64,000 nucleotides of DNA from a bacterium (lineage in GTDB: Bacteria; Arandabacterota; Arandabacteria; Arandabacterales; Arandabacteraceae), in NCBI GenBank assembly GCA_029933125.1, contig JAOZOU010000004.1, forward strand, positions 200,879 to 264,878. Direction: 5' to 3'. Both the position numbers and the translations under genes were made by a program. The notes under the pieces were generated by a model. That model was not told where the DNA came from, did not search any database, and worked only from the letters and a program-made list of their open reading frames with translations. Below are positions 38,121-48,738 of the stretch, in pieces. How positions within the stretch are numbered: position 1 is the stretch's first letter; every line of letters starts with the position of its first letter.

Positions 38121-40607
38121 TTGGATTTGCGCTGTCTGATGTCCTTAGATTACTCGGAACTCATCCACGAGGTTAGAAAACCCGGCAGATACGGTGGCAA
38201 TTGCCTTAACTTCCCGACAAAGCTTGAGGGTAAGATAAAATTCCTGCTTTGTTTCCCTGATGTCTTTGAAATAGGCATATCGAACCTTGGCCTGCGCATT
38301 CTCTATCATGTGGTTAACAGGCAACCTGATCTCCTTGCAGACCTGGCTTTTGCTCCCTGGATGGATATGGAAGCCTACATGCGCTCAAGGAAGATCTGTC
38401 TTTACGGTCTTGGAACCCATCTTCCTGCGAAACAATTCGACATAGTCGGCTTCTCGCTTCAGCATGAGCTCCACTATACCAATGTGCTGACCATGCTTGA
38501 CCTTTCGGGCATTCCTCTTGGGGCTCGAGAAAGAGGAGAACAGGATCCAATCGTTATAGCTGGTGGTCCCTGTGCCTTTAATCCTGAACCCATGGCTAAG
38601 TTCATAGACGCCTTTGTCATTGGCGATGGTGAGGCTGCGATTGTTGAGATTGGCGAGATGCTCAAAGATGCGAAATCCGCATCGAAAAAGCGAGGCGAGG
38701 TGCTTGAGGAGCTTGGCTCCCTGAAAGGTATCTATGTGCCTCAGGTGGTCATATCTAAAAGTGGTCAGATGATTTCAAGAAGGACTGAGAGTCTGCGGGA
38801 TGCGGACTTTCCAATCCCGCCGATAGTTTCAGTTTTTCCAGCTGTCCACGACAGGTTAACTCTTGAGATTATGAGGGGCTGCACTCATGGCTGTCGCTTC
38901 TGCTCCGCCGGTATGGTGACGAGGCCTGTAAGAGTGCGTTCCGTTGAGAGTGTCGTGAGACTTGCTGAGGCCGGAATCGATGCCAGTGGTTGGGAGGAAA
39001 TATCCCTCATATCGCTTTCCTCATCTGACTATCCTGGCATTGGTGATCTGGTCAAAAGATTGAATATGGCACTCGGTGAGCGCAGGGTGAGTATCTCTTT
39101 GCCATCGATGAGACCGGGAACCTTCACTGAGGAGATGGCTGAGCTTATCAGTACTACAAAGCGGACAGGCCTAACCTTTGCTCCCGAGACAGGTAGCGAC
39201 CATCTTAGGCGTCGCATAAACAAGATGATTGATGAGGATGAGCTTCTTGCAAGTGTGGAGACCGCTTTTAGAAGCGGCTGGGACGGCATCAAACTCTACT
39301 TCATGATCGGGCTTCCTGGCGAAACCTACTCCGATATCGATGGACTCATAAAAATGGTTAGATCAGTTGAGGCTATTTGCCGGTTCTATGGACAACGCAA
39401 GCACATAACGGTATCTATTTCACCTTTCGTACCTCGCCCACAAACACCCTTCCAGTGGGAGCCTCAACAGCCACCTGAGGAGATACTGGCGCGTATCCGC
39501 TACATAAGAAAGAACTTGCCTGGCAGGAGAATAAAGGTCAAATGGAGAGATCCCTTTATGGCTCATCTTGAAGGTCTCCTTGCTAGAGGTGATCGCCTCT
39601 ACGCAGACGCCATCCTTGCCGCCTGGCGATCGGGATCGCGTTTTGAAAGCTGGTCTGATCGATTTGATTTTAACCTCTGGCTATGTGCTTTCAAATCTTT
39701 GGGGATAGATCTTGAAAGAGCGTTTGTGAGGAGGGAAATCGATGAGCCTCTGCCCTGGGATCATATTGATGCTGGAGTAACACGTTCCTTCCTCAAGGCT
39801 GAAGCCAGAAGAGCTGACGCAGGTGAGACAACTCCCGACTGTCGAATAGGTGGTTGTACGGATTGTGGAGCCTGTGAGGGTGAGATGCTCACCGAGAAGC
39901 CTAAGGCGGCTGAATCCACCATAATCAAGTATGTGTTGCGAGCTAAGCCCCAAAGGGAAGAATTGAAGATGAGGCTCAGGGTGAAGTATGCGAAGCGGGA
40001 GGAGATGTTGCTCGCTTCCCATCTTGATATAGCCAGAGCCATACAACGTGCTCTACGCAGGGCAAAGATGCCTCTTTGCTATTCAGAGGGTTTCAGTCCC
40101 CATCCCAGGGTTGCCTTTGGTCCACCTTTGCCACTCGGCTGTCTCGGAGAGGGCGAATACTTCGATGTAATTCTCAACAGGGTACCTCCGAGGGAGTGGA
40201 TAGAGCAGGTTAACTCAGGGCTTCCCAAGGGACTTGTTGTGCTCGAGGGCGGGATGGTTAGATTGAGATCCGAGTCGCTCATTGACCTCATAAACGCAGC
40301 AACATATGCAATTGAGATAACCTGTGAGCCAGGTGAGGCCGCTGAGCAAGTTGCGTCCCATCTAACAAAGAGTCTTAAGGGTACAGAGTGGGTCATTTCC
40401 CTAGATGTGACGAGGCACACAAAGGGGTTGAAAGTCACTCTGGCGGCGCGGCTTTCCAGAGGTGGAAAGAGCCCTGAGAAAAGGCTGGATGAACTCTTAA
40501 AAACCAAAGGTTATTGCTATAGAATAACAAGGACTGGTTTGTATGTTGAAGTTGATGGTAAGCTCACCTCAGTCTTGAGGCTAGCTTCGGTAGAGGAGCA
40601 GAAGTGA
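38121..40607 (+). CDS. TIGR03960-like radical SAM protein fused to a TIGR03936 (DUF2344)-like domain
   Basis: KPGRY.G, FPD..EIG.SNLG, RGCTHGCRFC radical SAM motif, DC..GC.DCGAC, C-terminal SHLD..R..RR..P..YSEGF.PHP. Confidence 0.88.
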   Translation: MDLRCLMSLDYSELIHEVRKPGRYGGNCLNFPTKLEGKIKFLLCFPDVFEIGISNLGLRILYHVVNRQPDLLADLAFAPWMDMEAYMRSRKICLYGLGTHLPAKQFDIVGFSLQHELHYTNVLTMLDLSGIPLGARERGEQDPIVIAGGPCAFNPEPMAKFIDAFVIGDGEAAIVEIGEMLKDAKSASKKRGEVLEELGSLKGIYVPQVVISKSGQMISRRTESLRDADFPIPPIVSVFPAVHDRLTLEIMRGCTHGCRFCSAGMVTRPVRVRSVESVVRLAEAGIDASGWEEISLISLSSSDYPGIGDLVKRLNMALGERRVSISLPSMRPGTFTEEMAELISTTKRTGLTFAPETGSDHLRRRINKMIDEDELLASVETAFRSGWDGIKLYFMIGLPGETYSDIDGLIKMVRSVEAICRFYGQRKHITVSISPFVPRPQTPFQWEPQQPPEEILARIRYIRKNLPGRRIKVKWRDPFMAHLEGLLARGDRLYADAILAAWRSGSRFESWSDRFDFNLWLCAFKSLGIDLERAFVRREIDEPLPWDHIDAGVTRSFLKAEARRADAGETTPDCRIGGCTDCGACEGEMLTEKPKAAESTIIKYVLRAKPQREELKMRLRVKYAKREEMLLASHLDIARAIQRALRRAKMPLCYSEGFSPHPRVAFGPPLPLGCLGEGEYFDVILNRVPPREWIEQVNSGLPKGLVVLEGGMVRLRSESLIDLINAATYAIEITCEPGEAAEQVASHLTKSLKGTEWVISLDVTRHTKGLKVTLAARLSRGGKSPEKRLDELLKTKGYCYRITRTGLYVEVDGKLTSVLRLASVEEQK

Positions 40608-42148
40608 GAAAGGAAATCATAATAAATGTTGAGCCCTTTGAAACACGTATCGGGATAAAAGAAGACGGCCAGCTGGTCGAATACATGGTCGAGCGAGCAG
40701 GAGATAAACTTGCAGTTGGCGATATTTACAAGGCTCGTGTCACTGCTGTCTTGCCAGGCATGCAAGCTGCTTTCCTTGATATTGGCTATGAGCGAAGTGC
40801 TTTCCTTCATGTCTCTGACTTGACTGTCGATATTGGTGAGTATGAGAAAATCGAGGACAGGTTGAGTGGCGATGATGTGATCTTTACCTCTATTGCCTCG
40901 AAGGAAAAGGAGATCCAGATTGAAAATGTCCTTGCGAAAGGTGACGAAATCCTTGTCCAGGTCACCAAGGAACCGATAGGTACCAAAGGTCCCCGGGTAA
41001 GCACACAGCTTTCGCTGCCAGGCCGTTATGTTGTTCTTATGCCTAAAGCCGATCTTGTCGGTGTCTCGAGACGAATTGAAGCGCGCGAAGAGCGGCATCG
41101 TCTCAAGGAGATCATAGCACCCCTTAAACCAAAAGGCATGGGAGTGATTGTTCGGACAGCTGGTGAGGGAATGGATAAGAGACACTTTGAGGCTGACATA
41201 AAGTTCCTTACCAGGCTGTGGAAAAAGCTAGCCAAGAAGGCTGAGAAGGCGAAAGCTCCGAGCCTCATATATAAGGACATGGAGATCATAACACGCCTTG
41301 TAAGGGATGTGTTCACTGAAGATGTGACTGCGGTAGTAATAGATTCCAAGAAGGAATATCGCGAGATCCTCTCCTATCTGCGATCCTTTGCACCTGAGCT
41401 CCGCTCGCGGGTACATCTTTACAAGGAGGATACACCCATCTTCGATGCCTACGAAATAGAGAAAGAGACCGAGAAAATCCTAAACCGTATAGTACCACTC
41501 AAAAAGGGTGGATTCATATCAATTGACCACACTGAGGCTCTCGTTGCTATTGATGTTAACACAGGTAGATACCGAGGAGCTAGGGATCAGGAGGAGACAG
41601 CTCTGAGAACCAACCTTCAGGCTGCTAGGGAAATTGCTAGGCAGTTGCGCCTGCGTGATCTCGGAGGGATCATAGTAATCGACTTCATAGACATGGAGCT
41701 TGAAGAGAATCGCAAGAAAGTTCTCGATGAGCTGCGCATGGGCCTCAAAAGGGATAGGTCACGAACAAAGGCACTAAAGGTCAGCGAAATGGGACTTGTT
41801 GAGATGACCCGCCAGCGGGTTCGCCCAAGCCTTGGCCAGCTTCTGAGTGAAACTTGTCCGACGTGTGGTGGATCCGGAAGGGTTCTCTCTCTCGAATCCA
41901 TTGAGATGCGTCTCGAGAGATCGCTTAAGCGCATGAGAAGCAGGACGAACGAGAAGAGGATCCAGCTCTATCTCAATCCTGAATTTGCCTTCCGCATGCT
42001 TTCCGAAAGCGCCAGGCGGATAATTCATCTTGAAAAACGTTTTAAGCTGGAGATCGATGTCAAGGATGATCCCAACCTTCGAAGAGAGGAATTTGTTGTG
42101 CGCTCCTCACGCACCGGCGAAGATCTCACATACCTCCTTGAACCCTAA
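40604..42148 (+). CDS. rng: Rne/Rng family ribonuclease (RNase G-sized)
   Basis: S1 domain VLPGMQAAF.DIG, QV.KEPIGTKG, IDVNTG, LRDLGGIIVIDFIDM, CP.C.G.G. Confidence 0.9.
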   Translation: MRKEIIINVEPFETRIGIKEDGQLVEYMVERAGDKLAVGDIYKARVTAVLPGMQAAFLDIGYERSAFLHVSDLTVDIGEYEKIEDRLSGDDVIFTSIASKEKEIQIENVLAKGDEILVQVTKEPIGTKGPRVSTQLSLPGRYVVLMPKADLVGVSRRIEAREERHRLKEIIAPLKPKGMGVIVRTAGEGMDKRHFEADIKFLTRLWKKLAKKAEKAKAPSLIYKDMEIITRLVRDVFTEDVTAVVIDSKKEYREILSYLRSFAPELRSRVHLYKEDTPIFDAYEIEKETEKILNRIVPLKKGGFISIDHTEALVAIDVNTGRYRGARDQEETALRTNLQAAREIARQLRLRDLGGIIVIDFIDMELEENRKKVLDELRMGLKRDRSRTKALKVSEMGLVEMTRQRVRPSLGQLLSETCPTCGGSGRVLSLESIEMRLERSLKRMRSRTNEKRIQLYLNPEFAFRMLSESARRIIHLEKRFKLEIDVKDDPNLRREEFVVRSSRTGEDLTYLLEP

Positions 42149-42163
42149 AGCAGAGATTAAGTG

Positions 42164-42192
42164 TTGACACAGGCAGTTGCGTGTGTTAGATA
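42164..42192 (+). promoter_or_regulatory. Sigma-70 promoter for rplU-rpmA
   Basis: TTGACA, 17 nt, TAGATA preceded by TG. Confidence 0.5.
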
Positions 42193-42220
42193 AATTGGGA
42201 ATTGCGCGAGGTGATCCTAT

Positions 42221-42532
42221 ATGTATGCGATTATAGATGTTGGTGGCAGACAGATCAAAGTTGAGCCTGATCAGAATGTGCGCGTACCCAGGCTCGAGGC
42301 TGAAGTAGGCTCAGAGGTAACCTTCGATAGAGTCTATCTCGTCAAGTCAGATGGTGATGTCAGAATAGGCGAACCCCTTGTTGATGGGGCGAAAGTTGTT
42401 GGTGAGGTTGTAGCCCACGGCAGAGGAGAGAAGATAGTCGTCTATAAGTATAAGAGGCGCAAGTATTATAGACGGAAACGCGGACATAGGCAGGCTTATA
42501 CGGAGGTTCGCATTACCAATATTACGGGTTGA
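42221..42532 (+). CDS. rplU: 50S ribosomal protein L21
   Basis: MYAII..GG.Q.KV; KYKRRK.Y....GHRQ.YT. Confidence 0.97.
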   Translation: MYAIIDVGGRQIKVEPDQNVRVPRLEAEVGSEVTFDRVYLVKSDGDVRIGEPLVDGAKVVGEVVAHGRGEKIVVYKYKRRKYYRRKRGHRQAYTEVRITNITG

Positions 42533-42547
42533 GGGGGTTAGGTTCCA

Positions 42548-42799
42548 ATGGCACATAAGAAAGGTGTCGGAAGCTCAAGAAACGGACGCGACAGCAATGC
42601 ACAAAGACTCGGGGTCAAGCGCTTCGGAGGCCAATTCGTGACAGCTGGATCAATCATAGTCAGGCAAAGGGGAACAAAGTTTCTCCCAGGTCTCAATGTC
42701 GGTATGGGCAAAGACAATACCCTCTTCGCTTTGGTCAGTGGACGTGTGGCTTTCGAAAGGCACGGAAGAGATAAGAAGCGGGTCAGTGTTTACGCATAG
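42548..42799 (+). CDS. rpmA: 50S ribosomal protein L27
   Basis: [21 protein letters not shown]. Confidence 0.98.
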   Translation: MAHKKGVGSSRNGRDSNAQRLGVKRFGGQFVTAGSIIVRQRGTKFLPGLNVGMGKDNTLFALVSGRVAFERHGRDKKRVSVYA

Positions 42800-42887
42800 A
42801 AGTCCCGCTTAGTCCGATTCCAAGTCCTTTTTGGCGGTTCTGTTCTGCTTCTTCATTCTGGTGTGCTTCTTCGCAGGAGGTGGCAAC

Positions 42888-43541
42888 ATGAAGATCAAGT
42901 GGTTAGGCCATTCTGCGTTCTTGCTCACCTCGGAGAGTGGCGTGAGGATTCTCACGGACCCCTATGAGAGCGGTGGCTACGAAGGCAAGGTTGGCTACAA
43001 GCCGATAAAGGAAAAGGTTGACATCGTAACTGCTAGTCATTCCCATGAGGATCACTACTACCTTGAAGATCTACCTGAAGGCTATGAATGCATAACAGAT
43101 CCAGGAAAACATGAGGTCAAGGGTGTAGTGATCACTGGTATCAAAACTTACCACGATACCAGTGGTGGTAAGGAGAGAGGTCGTAACATCGTCTTCGTGA
43201 TCGAAGTTGATGGTATTCGGGTCTGTCATCTCGGTGATCTAGGACATACCCTTTCGGAGGAAAACCTCAGCCAGATTGGGAAAGTGGATGTGCTTCTCTT
43301 ACCTGTTGGCGGTTTTTATACAATTGGTCCCAAAGAGGCTCTATCTGTGATGAAGGCTATTTCGCCTGCCATTACAATTCCAATGCATTTTAAGACCGAG
43401 GTTCTTGAATTTCCTATAAAACCCGTAGAGGATTTTCTTTCGATGGCTGGAGACTACGAACGCCCAGGTAGTTCAGAAATAGAAATCAAACCGGAAGATC
43501 TCAAAGGTGGACGCATCATAGTGCTCGAGCATGCCCTGTAA
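42888..43541 (+). CDS. MBL-fold metallo-hydrolase
   Basis: AGGAGG RBS then ATG 42888; WLGHS.F, TDPY, SHSHEDH, HLGDLGH, PMH. Confidence 0.88.
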   Translation: MKIKWLGHSAFLLTSESGVRILTDPYESGGYEGKVGYKPIKEKVDIVTASHSHEDHYYLEDLPEGYECITDPGKHEVKGVVITGIKTYHDTSGGKERGRNIVFVIEVDGIRVCHLGDLGHTLSEENLSQIGKVDVLLLPVGGFYTIGPKEALSVMKAISPAITIPMHFKTEVLEFPIKPVEDFLSMAGDYERPGSSEIEIKPEDLKGGRIIVLEHAL

Positions 43542-43567
43542 ACCCATGTTGCCCTGAGGAGGAACTG

Positions 43568-44410
43568 ATGAGGCAGGTCAACGTTGATGAAATAAGACAA
43601 GCCGTTAAGAATCTGTCCATAACAACGAACTGCGTCCTCGGAGATGCAGAGATCGAATATATCAAGAAGATGCTGGCAATTGAAGAATCTCCTACAGGTC
43701 AGGAAATCCTCAAGATGGTTCTTGAGAATGCACGGATTGCGCGTGAGGAGATGTTACCGATATGCCAGGACACGGGCTTTGCGGTTGTCTTTCTCGAGAT
43801 AGGGCAGGATGTTTGCTTCATTGGCGGTGACCTCAATGAAGCCATAACCCAGGGCGTAAGAGAAGGCTATGAGGAGGGGTATCTTCGCAAATCAATACTT
43901 TCTGATCCGATTAAGAGGATTAATACGGGAGACAATACACCACCCGTTGTGCACCTCAAGATCGTTCCAGGAGATAAAGTCAAGATTGTCTTTGCTCCCA
44001 AGGGTGGAGGAAGCGAGAACATGAGTGGTGTTGCTATGCTCAAGCCTGCTGATGGAATCGAGGGCGTGAAGACTTTTGTAATTGAGAAAGTCGAGTCGGC
44101 AGGCGGAAATCCGTGTCCACCTATAGTTGTTGGTGTTGGAATTGGTGGGACCTTTGAGTATTGTGCTTTCATGGCCAAGAAGGCACTGCTAAGACCTCTT
44201 GGTGAAAGGCATCCTGACCCCTTCTATGCAGCTCTCGAGGAGGAGCTGCTTGAGAAAATAAATTCAACAGGGGTTGGGCCTCAGGGCTTGGGAGGCAGGG
44301 TGACTGCACTTGATGTGCATGTCGAGGTCTACCCTTGTCACATTGCTTCGCTTCCAGTTGCAGTGAATCTAAATTGTCATGCCACGCGCCATGGCGAAAT
44401 AGTCATATAG
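43568..44410 (+). CDS. Class I fumarate hydratase / tartrate dehydratase, alpha subunit
   Basis: PICQDTG, NTGDNTP, KGGGSEN, NPCPP, HIASLPVAVN..CH. Confidence 0.92.
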   Translation: MRQVNVDEIRQAVKNLSITTNCVLGDAEIEYIKKMLAIEESPTGQEILKMVLENARIAREEMLPICQDTGFAVVFLEIGQDVCFIGGDLNEAITQGVREGYEEGYLRKSILSDPIKRINTGDNTPPVVHLKIVPGDKVKIVFAPKGGGSENMSGVAMLKPADGIEGVKTFVIEKVESAGGNPCPPIVVGVGIGGTFEYCAFMAKKALLRPLGERHPDPFYAALEEELLEKINSTGVGPQGLGGRVTALDVHVEVYPCHIASLPVAVNLNCHATRHGEIVI

Positions 44411-44419
44411 GGGGATACG

Positions 44420-44980
44420 ATGGGAGATACCAGAAAAATTGAAACGCCTCTCAGTGATGAGGTTGTGAGATCGCTTGCGATGGGGGAGAAGGTTCTTATA
44501 AACGGCATCATCTATTCAGCAAGGGATGCTGCCCATAAAAGGCTTGTCGAGCTTATTGAGCGTGGCGAGGAGCTCCCTTTTGACGTCAACGGCCAGGCGA
44601 TCTACTATGTCGGTCCAACACCTGCGAAGCCTGGCTTTGCAGTGGGTTCGGCTGGACCGACCACTTCATATAGGATGGATCCATATGCACCTTTGCTGAT
44701 AGAAAAGGGCCTTAAGGGAATGATTGGCAAGGGCGGGCGATCAGAAACTGTTAAGGAAGCTATGAAGAAGTATGGGGCAGTCTACTTTGCTGCCGTTGGC
44801 GGAGCTGGTGCTCTGATTTCAAAATCCATAGTCAGTGCTGAAGTAATTGCTTACCCTGAGCTCGGAGCCGAAGCAATAAGGAGGATGGAGGTCAAGGACT
44901 TTCCGGTGATCGTGGCAATCGATGCCCAGGGCAATGACCTTTATCAAAAGGGTAGGGAGGCTTACGCATTAGGTGCCTGA
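44420..44980 (+). CDS. Class I fumarate hydratase / tartrate dehydratase, beta subunit
   Basis: ARDAAHKRL, YYVGP.P, GPTTS.RM, IGKG. Confidence 0.92.
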   Translation: MGDTRKIETPLSDEVVRSLAMGEKVLINGIIYSARDAAHKRLVELIERGEELPFDVNGQAIYYVGPTPAKPGFAVGSAGPTTSYRMDPYAPLLIEKGLKGMIGKGGRSETVKEAMKKYGAVYFAAVGGAGALISKSIVSAEVIAYPELGAEAIRRMEVKDFPVIVAIDAQGNDLYQKGREAYALGA

Positions 44981-45740
44981 TGCGATAGGCATAATTGGCG
45001 TGATTCCAGCCAGGTATGGGTCGAGGCGCTTCCCTGGTAAGCCCCTTGCGAGGATAGCTGGGAAACCCATGATTCAGCATGTCTATGAGCGCGCTCTGCG
45101 TTCCCGCCTTCTTTCCGATGTGATCGTTGCCACCGATGATAGAAGAATCCTGAGCGTTGTCGAAGGCTTCGGTGGCAGGGCTCTTATGACATCTCGGGAT
45201 CACCCAACAGGTAGTGATAGGGTTGCTGAAGTCGCATCAAGAGTTGAAGGCGCATTCTATGTCAACATCCAGGGAGATGAGCCTCTTATCGATCCCGGTG
45301 CCATAGATAAGTGTGCAAGTCTGCTGCGTGAAGGGCATGCAATGTCTACGCTTATGGTGAGGATAACGACTTGGGATGATGTTTTTGATCCAAACATCGT
45401 TAAGGTGGTGACCTCAAGTGAGGGAAAAGCCATCTACTTCTCACGTTCGCCGATTCCCTATGTCCCCGGAGATGTTCGATCACAGGCGAAAGCAAGCCCA
45501 GATGGTTATTTTCGCCATGTTGGTATCTATGGTTACACAGCGGAGGTTCTTGATTCCCTGCATGGGGCTGGTCAGTGCTGGCTGGAGGTGGCGGAGTCCC
45601 TTGAGCAGCTTCGGGCTCTGTGGCTAGGTATTCCGATTGCCGTGGCCGAGGTGGAATCTGCAGGTCCCTGTGTTGATCTTCCAGAGGACATTGCAAAGGT
45701 CGAAGCGATAATAGGTATGGACGGCAAGACCAATGGCTAA
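44973..45740 (+). CDS. kdsB: 3-deoxy-manno-octulosonate cytidylyltransferase
   Basis: [40 protein letters not shown]. Confidence 0.95.
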   Translation: MPDAIGIIGVIPARYGSRRFPGKPLARIAGKPMIQHVYERALRSRLLSDVIVATDDRRILSVVEGFGGRALMTSRDHPTGSDRVAEVASRVEGAFYVNIQGDEPLIDPGAIDKCASLLREGHAMSTLMVRITTWDDVFDPNIVKVVTSSEGKAIYFSRSPIPYVPGDVRSQAKASPDGYFRHVGIYGYTAEVLDSLHGAGQCWLEVAESLEQLRALWLGIPIAVAEVESAGPCVDLPEDIAKVEAIIGMDGKTNG

Positions 45741-47370
45741 ATATGTTTTCGTGACTGGGGGTGTGGTTTCTTCCCTTGGAAAGGGAATCGCTTCGGCGTC
45801 CCTTGGTATGTTACTCAAAAGACGTGGGTTGGGAGTTACTATACAGAAATTCGACCCCTATCTCAATGTTGATCCTGGGACCATGAGCCCCTTCCAACAT
45901 GGCGAGGTTTTTGTAACTGATGATGGTGCTGAGACCGATCTTGATCTGGGTCACTATGAACGCTTTCTGGATGAGAATCTCACCAAAGATCATAATGTAA
46001 CCGCTGGTCAGATTTACGATGCTATCATCAATCGTGAAAGAAGAGGAGACTACCTTGGGCGTACGGTTCAGGTGATTCCGCATGTCACAGATGAGATCAA
46101 ATCACGCATAACCAAGGTTGGTGAAAAACCTGGTATAGATGTTTGTATAAGTGAGATAGGGGGCACGGTTGGGGATATAGAGAGCTTGCCATTTCTCGAA
46201 TCAATCAGGCAGATGAGGCTCGATCTTGGCCGGAATAATACGGTATTCGTTCATCTTACGCTTGTGCCATATATCGAGGCTGCGAGGGAGCTCAAGACTA
46301 AACCGACCCAGCATAGCGTGAAAGAGCTCAGAGAGATAGGTATTCAACCTGACATATTGCTGTGTCGCACACGTAATCGGCTTACGCCAGAGGCGCGTGA
46401 CAAGATCGCCTTGTTTTGCAATGTCAGGAGGGAGGCAGTAATAGAAGCGAGAGATGTGGATTGTGTCTATGAAGTTCCTCTTGTCTTCCATGAGGGGGGG
46501 CTGGATGGACTGGTTGTCGCTATGCTGAGGCTTTCAAGCCCTGAACCTGATCTGTCAGACTGGATCGAACTCGTTGAAAGGGCGAAGAACCCGGGAGGGA
46601 GCGTGCGGGTTGCAATTGTTGGTAAATACGTGCATCTCATTGATGCATATAAAAGCATAAATGAAGCATTCGTTCATGCAGGGATTGAAAATGATGTTGG
46701 AGTTGAAGTCGAGTGGGTCGATTCTGAAAGGGTTAACCGATCGAGTGCCACTGAATTGTTACGCGACTACGATGGAATCCTTATCCCAGGAGGATTTGGC
46801 GAACGAGGTACAGAAGGGAAGTTCGAGGCGGTGAGATTTGCCAGAGAGAACAAACGGCCCTTCCTTGGAATATGTCTTGGAATGCAATGTGCTGTAATTG
46901 AGTTTGCTAGAAATGTCTGCGGGCTCGAGGGTGCTAACAGCTCGGAGTTCGATTCGACGACTCCCTATCCTGTAATAGATCTTATCCCTGAACAAAGGGA
47001 GGTACTTTGGAAGGGTGGGACAATGAGGCTTGGTGCGTATCCATGTCGTCTGCTTCCTGGCACACTTGCTCATAGCGTCTATCGCACTGATCTTATAAGT
47101 GAGCGTCATCGCCACAGATACGAGTATAACAACCTCTTTCGAGAGCTGATGCAGGAGAAGGGATTGGTCATAAGCGGGGTGTCTCCTGATGGTAATCTTG
47201 TTGAGATAATTGAGCTCAAAGAGCATCCATGGTTCCTGGGATGTCAATTTCATCCTGAACTCAAGTCGCGTCCTGGCAGGGCGCACCCCCTTTTCCGTGA
47301 ATTCGTCAGGGCTGCCAAGGAATTTCGGTTTCGTGGAAGAACACTTGTTGAAGGGGATCTGAAACAATGA
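45733..47370 (+). CDS. pyrG: CTP synthase
   Basis: [36 protein letters not shown]. Confidence 0.98.
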   Translation: MAKYVFVTGGVVSSLGKGIASASLGMLLKRRGLGVTIQKFDPYLNVDPGTMSPFQHGEVFVTDDGAETDLDLGHYERFLDENLTKDHNVTAGQIYDAIINRERRGDYLGRTVQVIPHVTDEIKSRITKVGEKPGIDVCISEIGGTVGDIESLPFLESIRQMRLDLGRNNTVFVHLTLVPYIEAARELKTKPTQHSVKELREIGIQPDILLCRTRNRLTPEARDKIALFCNVRREAVIEARDVDCVYEVPLVFHEGGLDGLVVAMLRLSSPEPDLSDWIELVERAKNPGGSVRVAIVGKYVHLIDAYKSINEAFVHAGIENDVGVEVEWVDSERVNRSSATELLRDYDGILIPGGFGERGTEGKFEAVRFARENKRPFLGICLGMQCAVIEFARNVCGLEGANSSEFDSTTPYPVIDLIPEQREVLWKGGTMRLGAYPCRLLPGTLAHSVYRTDLISERHRHRYEYNNLFRELMQEKGLVISGVSPDGNLVEIIELKEHPWFLGCQFHPELKSRPGRAHPLFREFVRAAKEFRFRGRTLVEGDLKQ

Positions 47371-48200
47371 GTATCAATGTCGTGAGGGTTGGTGATATCG
47401 GGGTTGGAGGGGGCAAGTTCACGATTATTGCAGGACCTTGTGTTATTGAAGACCTTAAGACCTGCTTGACAACCGCATCGGTAATTAAAGAACTTACAAT
47501 GAAGTATGGTTTCAACTATATCTTTAAGTCTTCTTATGAGAAGGATAACAGGTCAAGCGTTGAAGCATATGCTGGACCGGGTATTGAGGATGGGCTGTCA
47601 ATGCTGGAAGAGGTCAAGAAAACTGTTGGAGTGCCGGTTCTCTCTGATGTCCACTGCAGCCAGCAGGTGCCTCAGGCTGCTAAGATACTGGATGTGATAC
47701 AGATTCCTGCCTATCTCAGCCAGCAAACCAGACTAGCGGTAACAGTTGGAAAAACTGGCAAACCTGTCAATGTCAAGAAGGGGCAGTTTGTTGCACCTGA
47801 GGATATGAAAGCTGTTGTTTCAAAAATAAGAAGCACGGGCAACACTGAGATTATACTTACCGAACGGGGTAGCTGCTTTGGTTATAGAAGGCTTGTGGTT
47901 GATATGCGCTCATTTCCCATAATGAGATCGCTTGGATGTCCCGTGATATTTGATGTGACTCATGCTATAAGAATCTATGGTTATCCGAGTAGCGATCCTA
48001 AGGGAGGGGAGCCTGAGTTTATCAGGTGTCTGGCGCGTGCTGCTGTTGCTTGCGGAGTTGATGGTCTTTTCTTTGAGACTCATCCCAATGTTGCCAAAGC
48101 AAAATGTGATGCTGCTAGTATGTTACCCTTGAAAGACGCTGAGAATCTCCTTGCTGAAGTTGCAGCAATAAACAAGGTTGTGAGGGATCTAAAGGCCTGA
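47367..48200 (+). CDS. kdsA: KDO8P synthase
   Basis: [36 protein letters not shown]. Confidence 0.95.
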   Translation: MSINVVRVGDIGVGGGKFTIIAGPCVIEDLKTCLTTASVIKELTMKYGFNYIFKSSYEKDNRSSVEAYAGPGIEDGLSMLEEVKKTVGVPVLSDVHCSQQVPQAAKILDVIQIPAYLSQQTRLAVTVGKTGKPVNVKKGQFVAPEDMKAVVSKIRSTGNTEIILTERGSCFGYRRLVVDMRSFPIMRSLGCPVIFDVTHAIRIYGYPSSDPKGGEPEFIRCLARAAVACGVDGLFFETHPNVAKAKCDAASMLPLKDAENLLAEVAAINKVVRDLKA

Positions 48201-48207
48201 AACTGCT

Positions 48208-48738
48208 ATGAAACCTATCAAAATGTTTGGCATGGATGTCGATGGGGTTCTGACGGATGGCGGGATCTATTACGGAGATGGACAACTTGAGATCAAGCGC
48301 TTCCACGTTCAGGACGGCATGGGAATAACTCTGCTTCGAAAAGCTGGCATAATCCCATTTGTGATTACGGCAAGGAGGAGTGTTGCAACTGAAAGGCGTG
48401 CACGTGAGCTTAACATTCGTGAAACCTTTCAGGGGGTCAGGGACAAGCTCGAATGTCTTGAGAGGCTCATACGAAGATACGGCTTTTCCTCTGAGGAAAT
48501 TGCCTACATCGGCGATGACCTTTCGGATCTGGAGATTCTTAAGCGAGTTGGCTTGCCACTTGCAGTTGCCAATGCTGTTGAGGAAGTGCGCAACATAGCC
48601 CATTATGTTACAAAGCGAAGTGGGGGCAATGGTGCGGTTCGGGAGGCTTGTGAATATGTGCTCAACCACAATGGGATCGGCAGACCATTTTCCGTCCTCC
48701 TCAAGAACGAGCACAGCAAAGAGGTGAGCAATGGCTGA
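48208..48738 (+). CDS. kdsC: KDO8P phosphatase (HAD family)
   Basis: DVDGVLTDG, F.V.DG.GI, IGDD..D, GG.GAVRE. Confidence 0.93.
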   Translation: MKPIKMFGMDVDGVLTDGGIYYGDGQLEIKRFHVQDGMGITLLRKAGIIPFVITARRSVATERRARELNIRETFQGVRDKLECLERLIRRYGFSSEEIAYIGDDLSDLEILKRVGLPLAVANAVEEVRNIAHYVTKRSGGNGAVREACEYVLNHNGIGRPFSVLLKNEHSKEVSNG

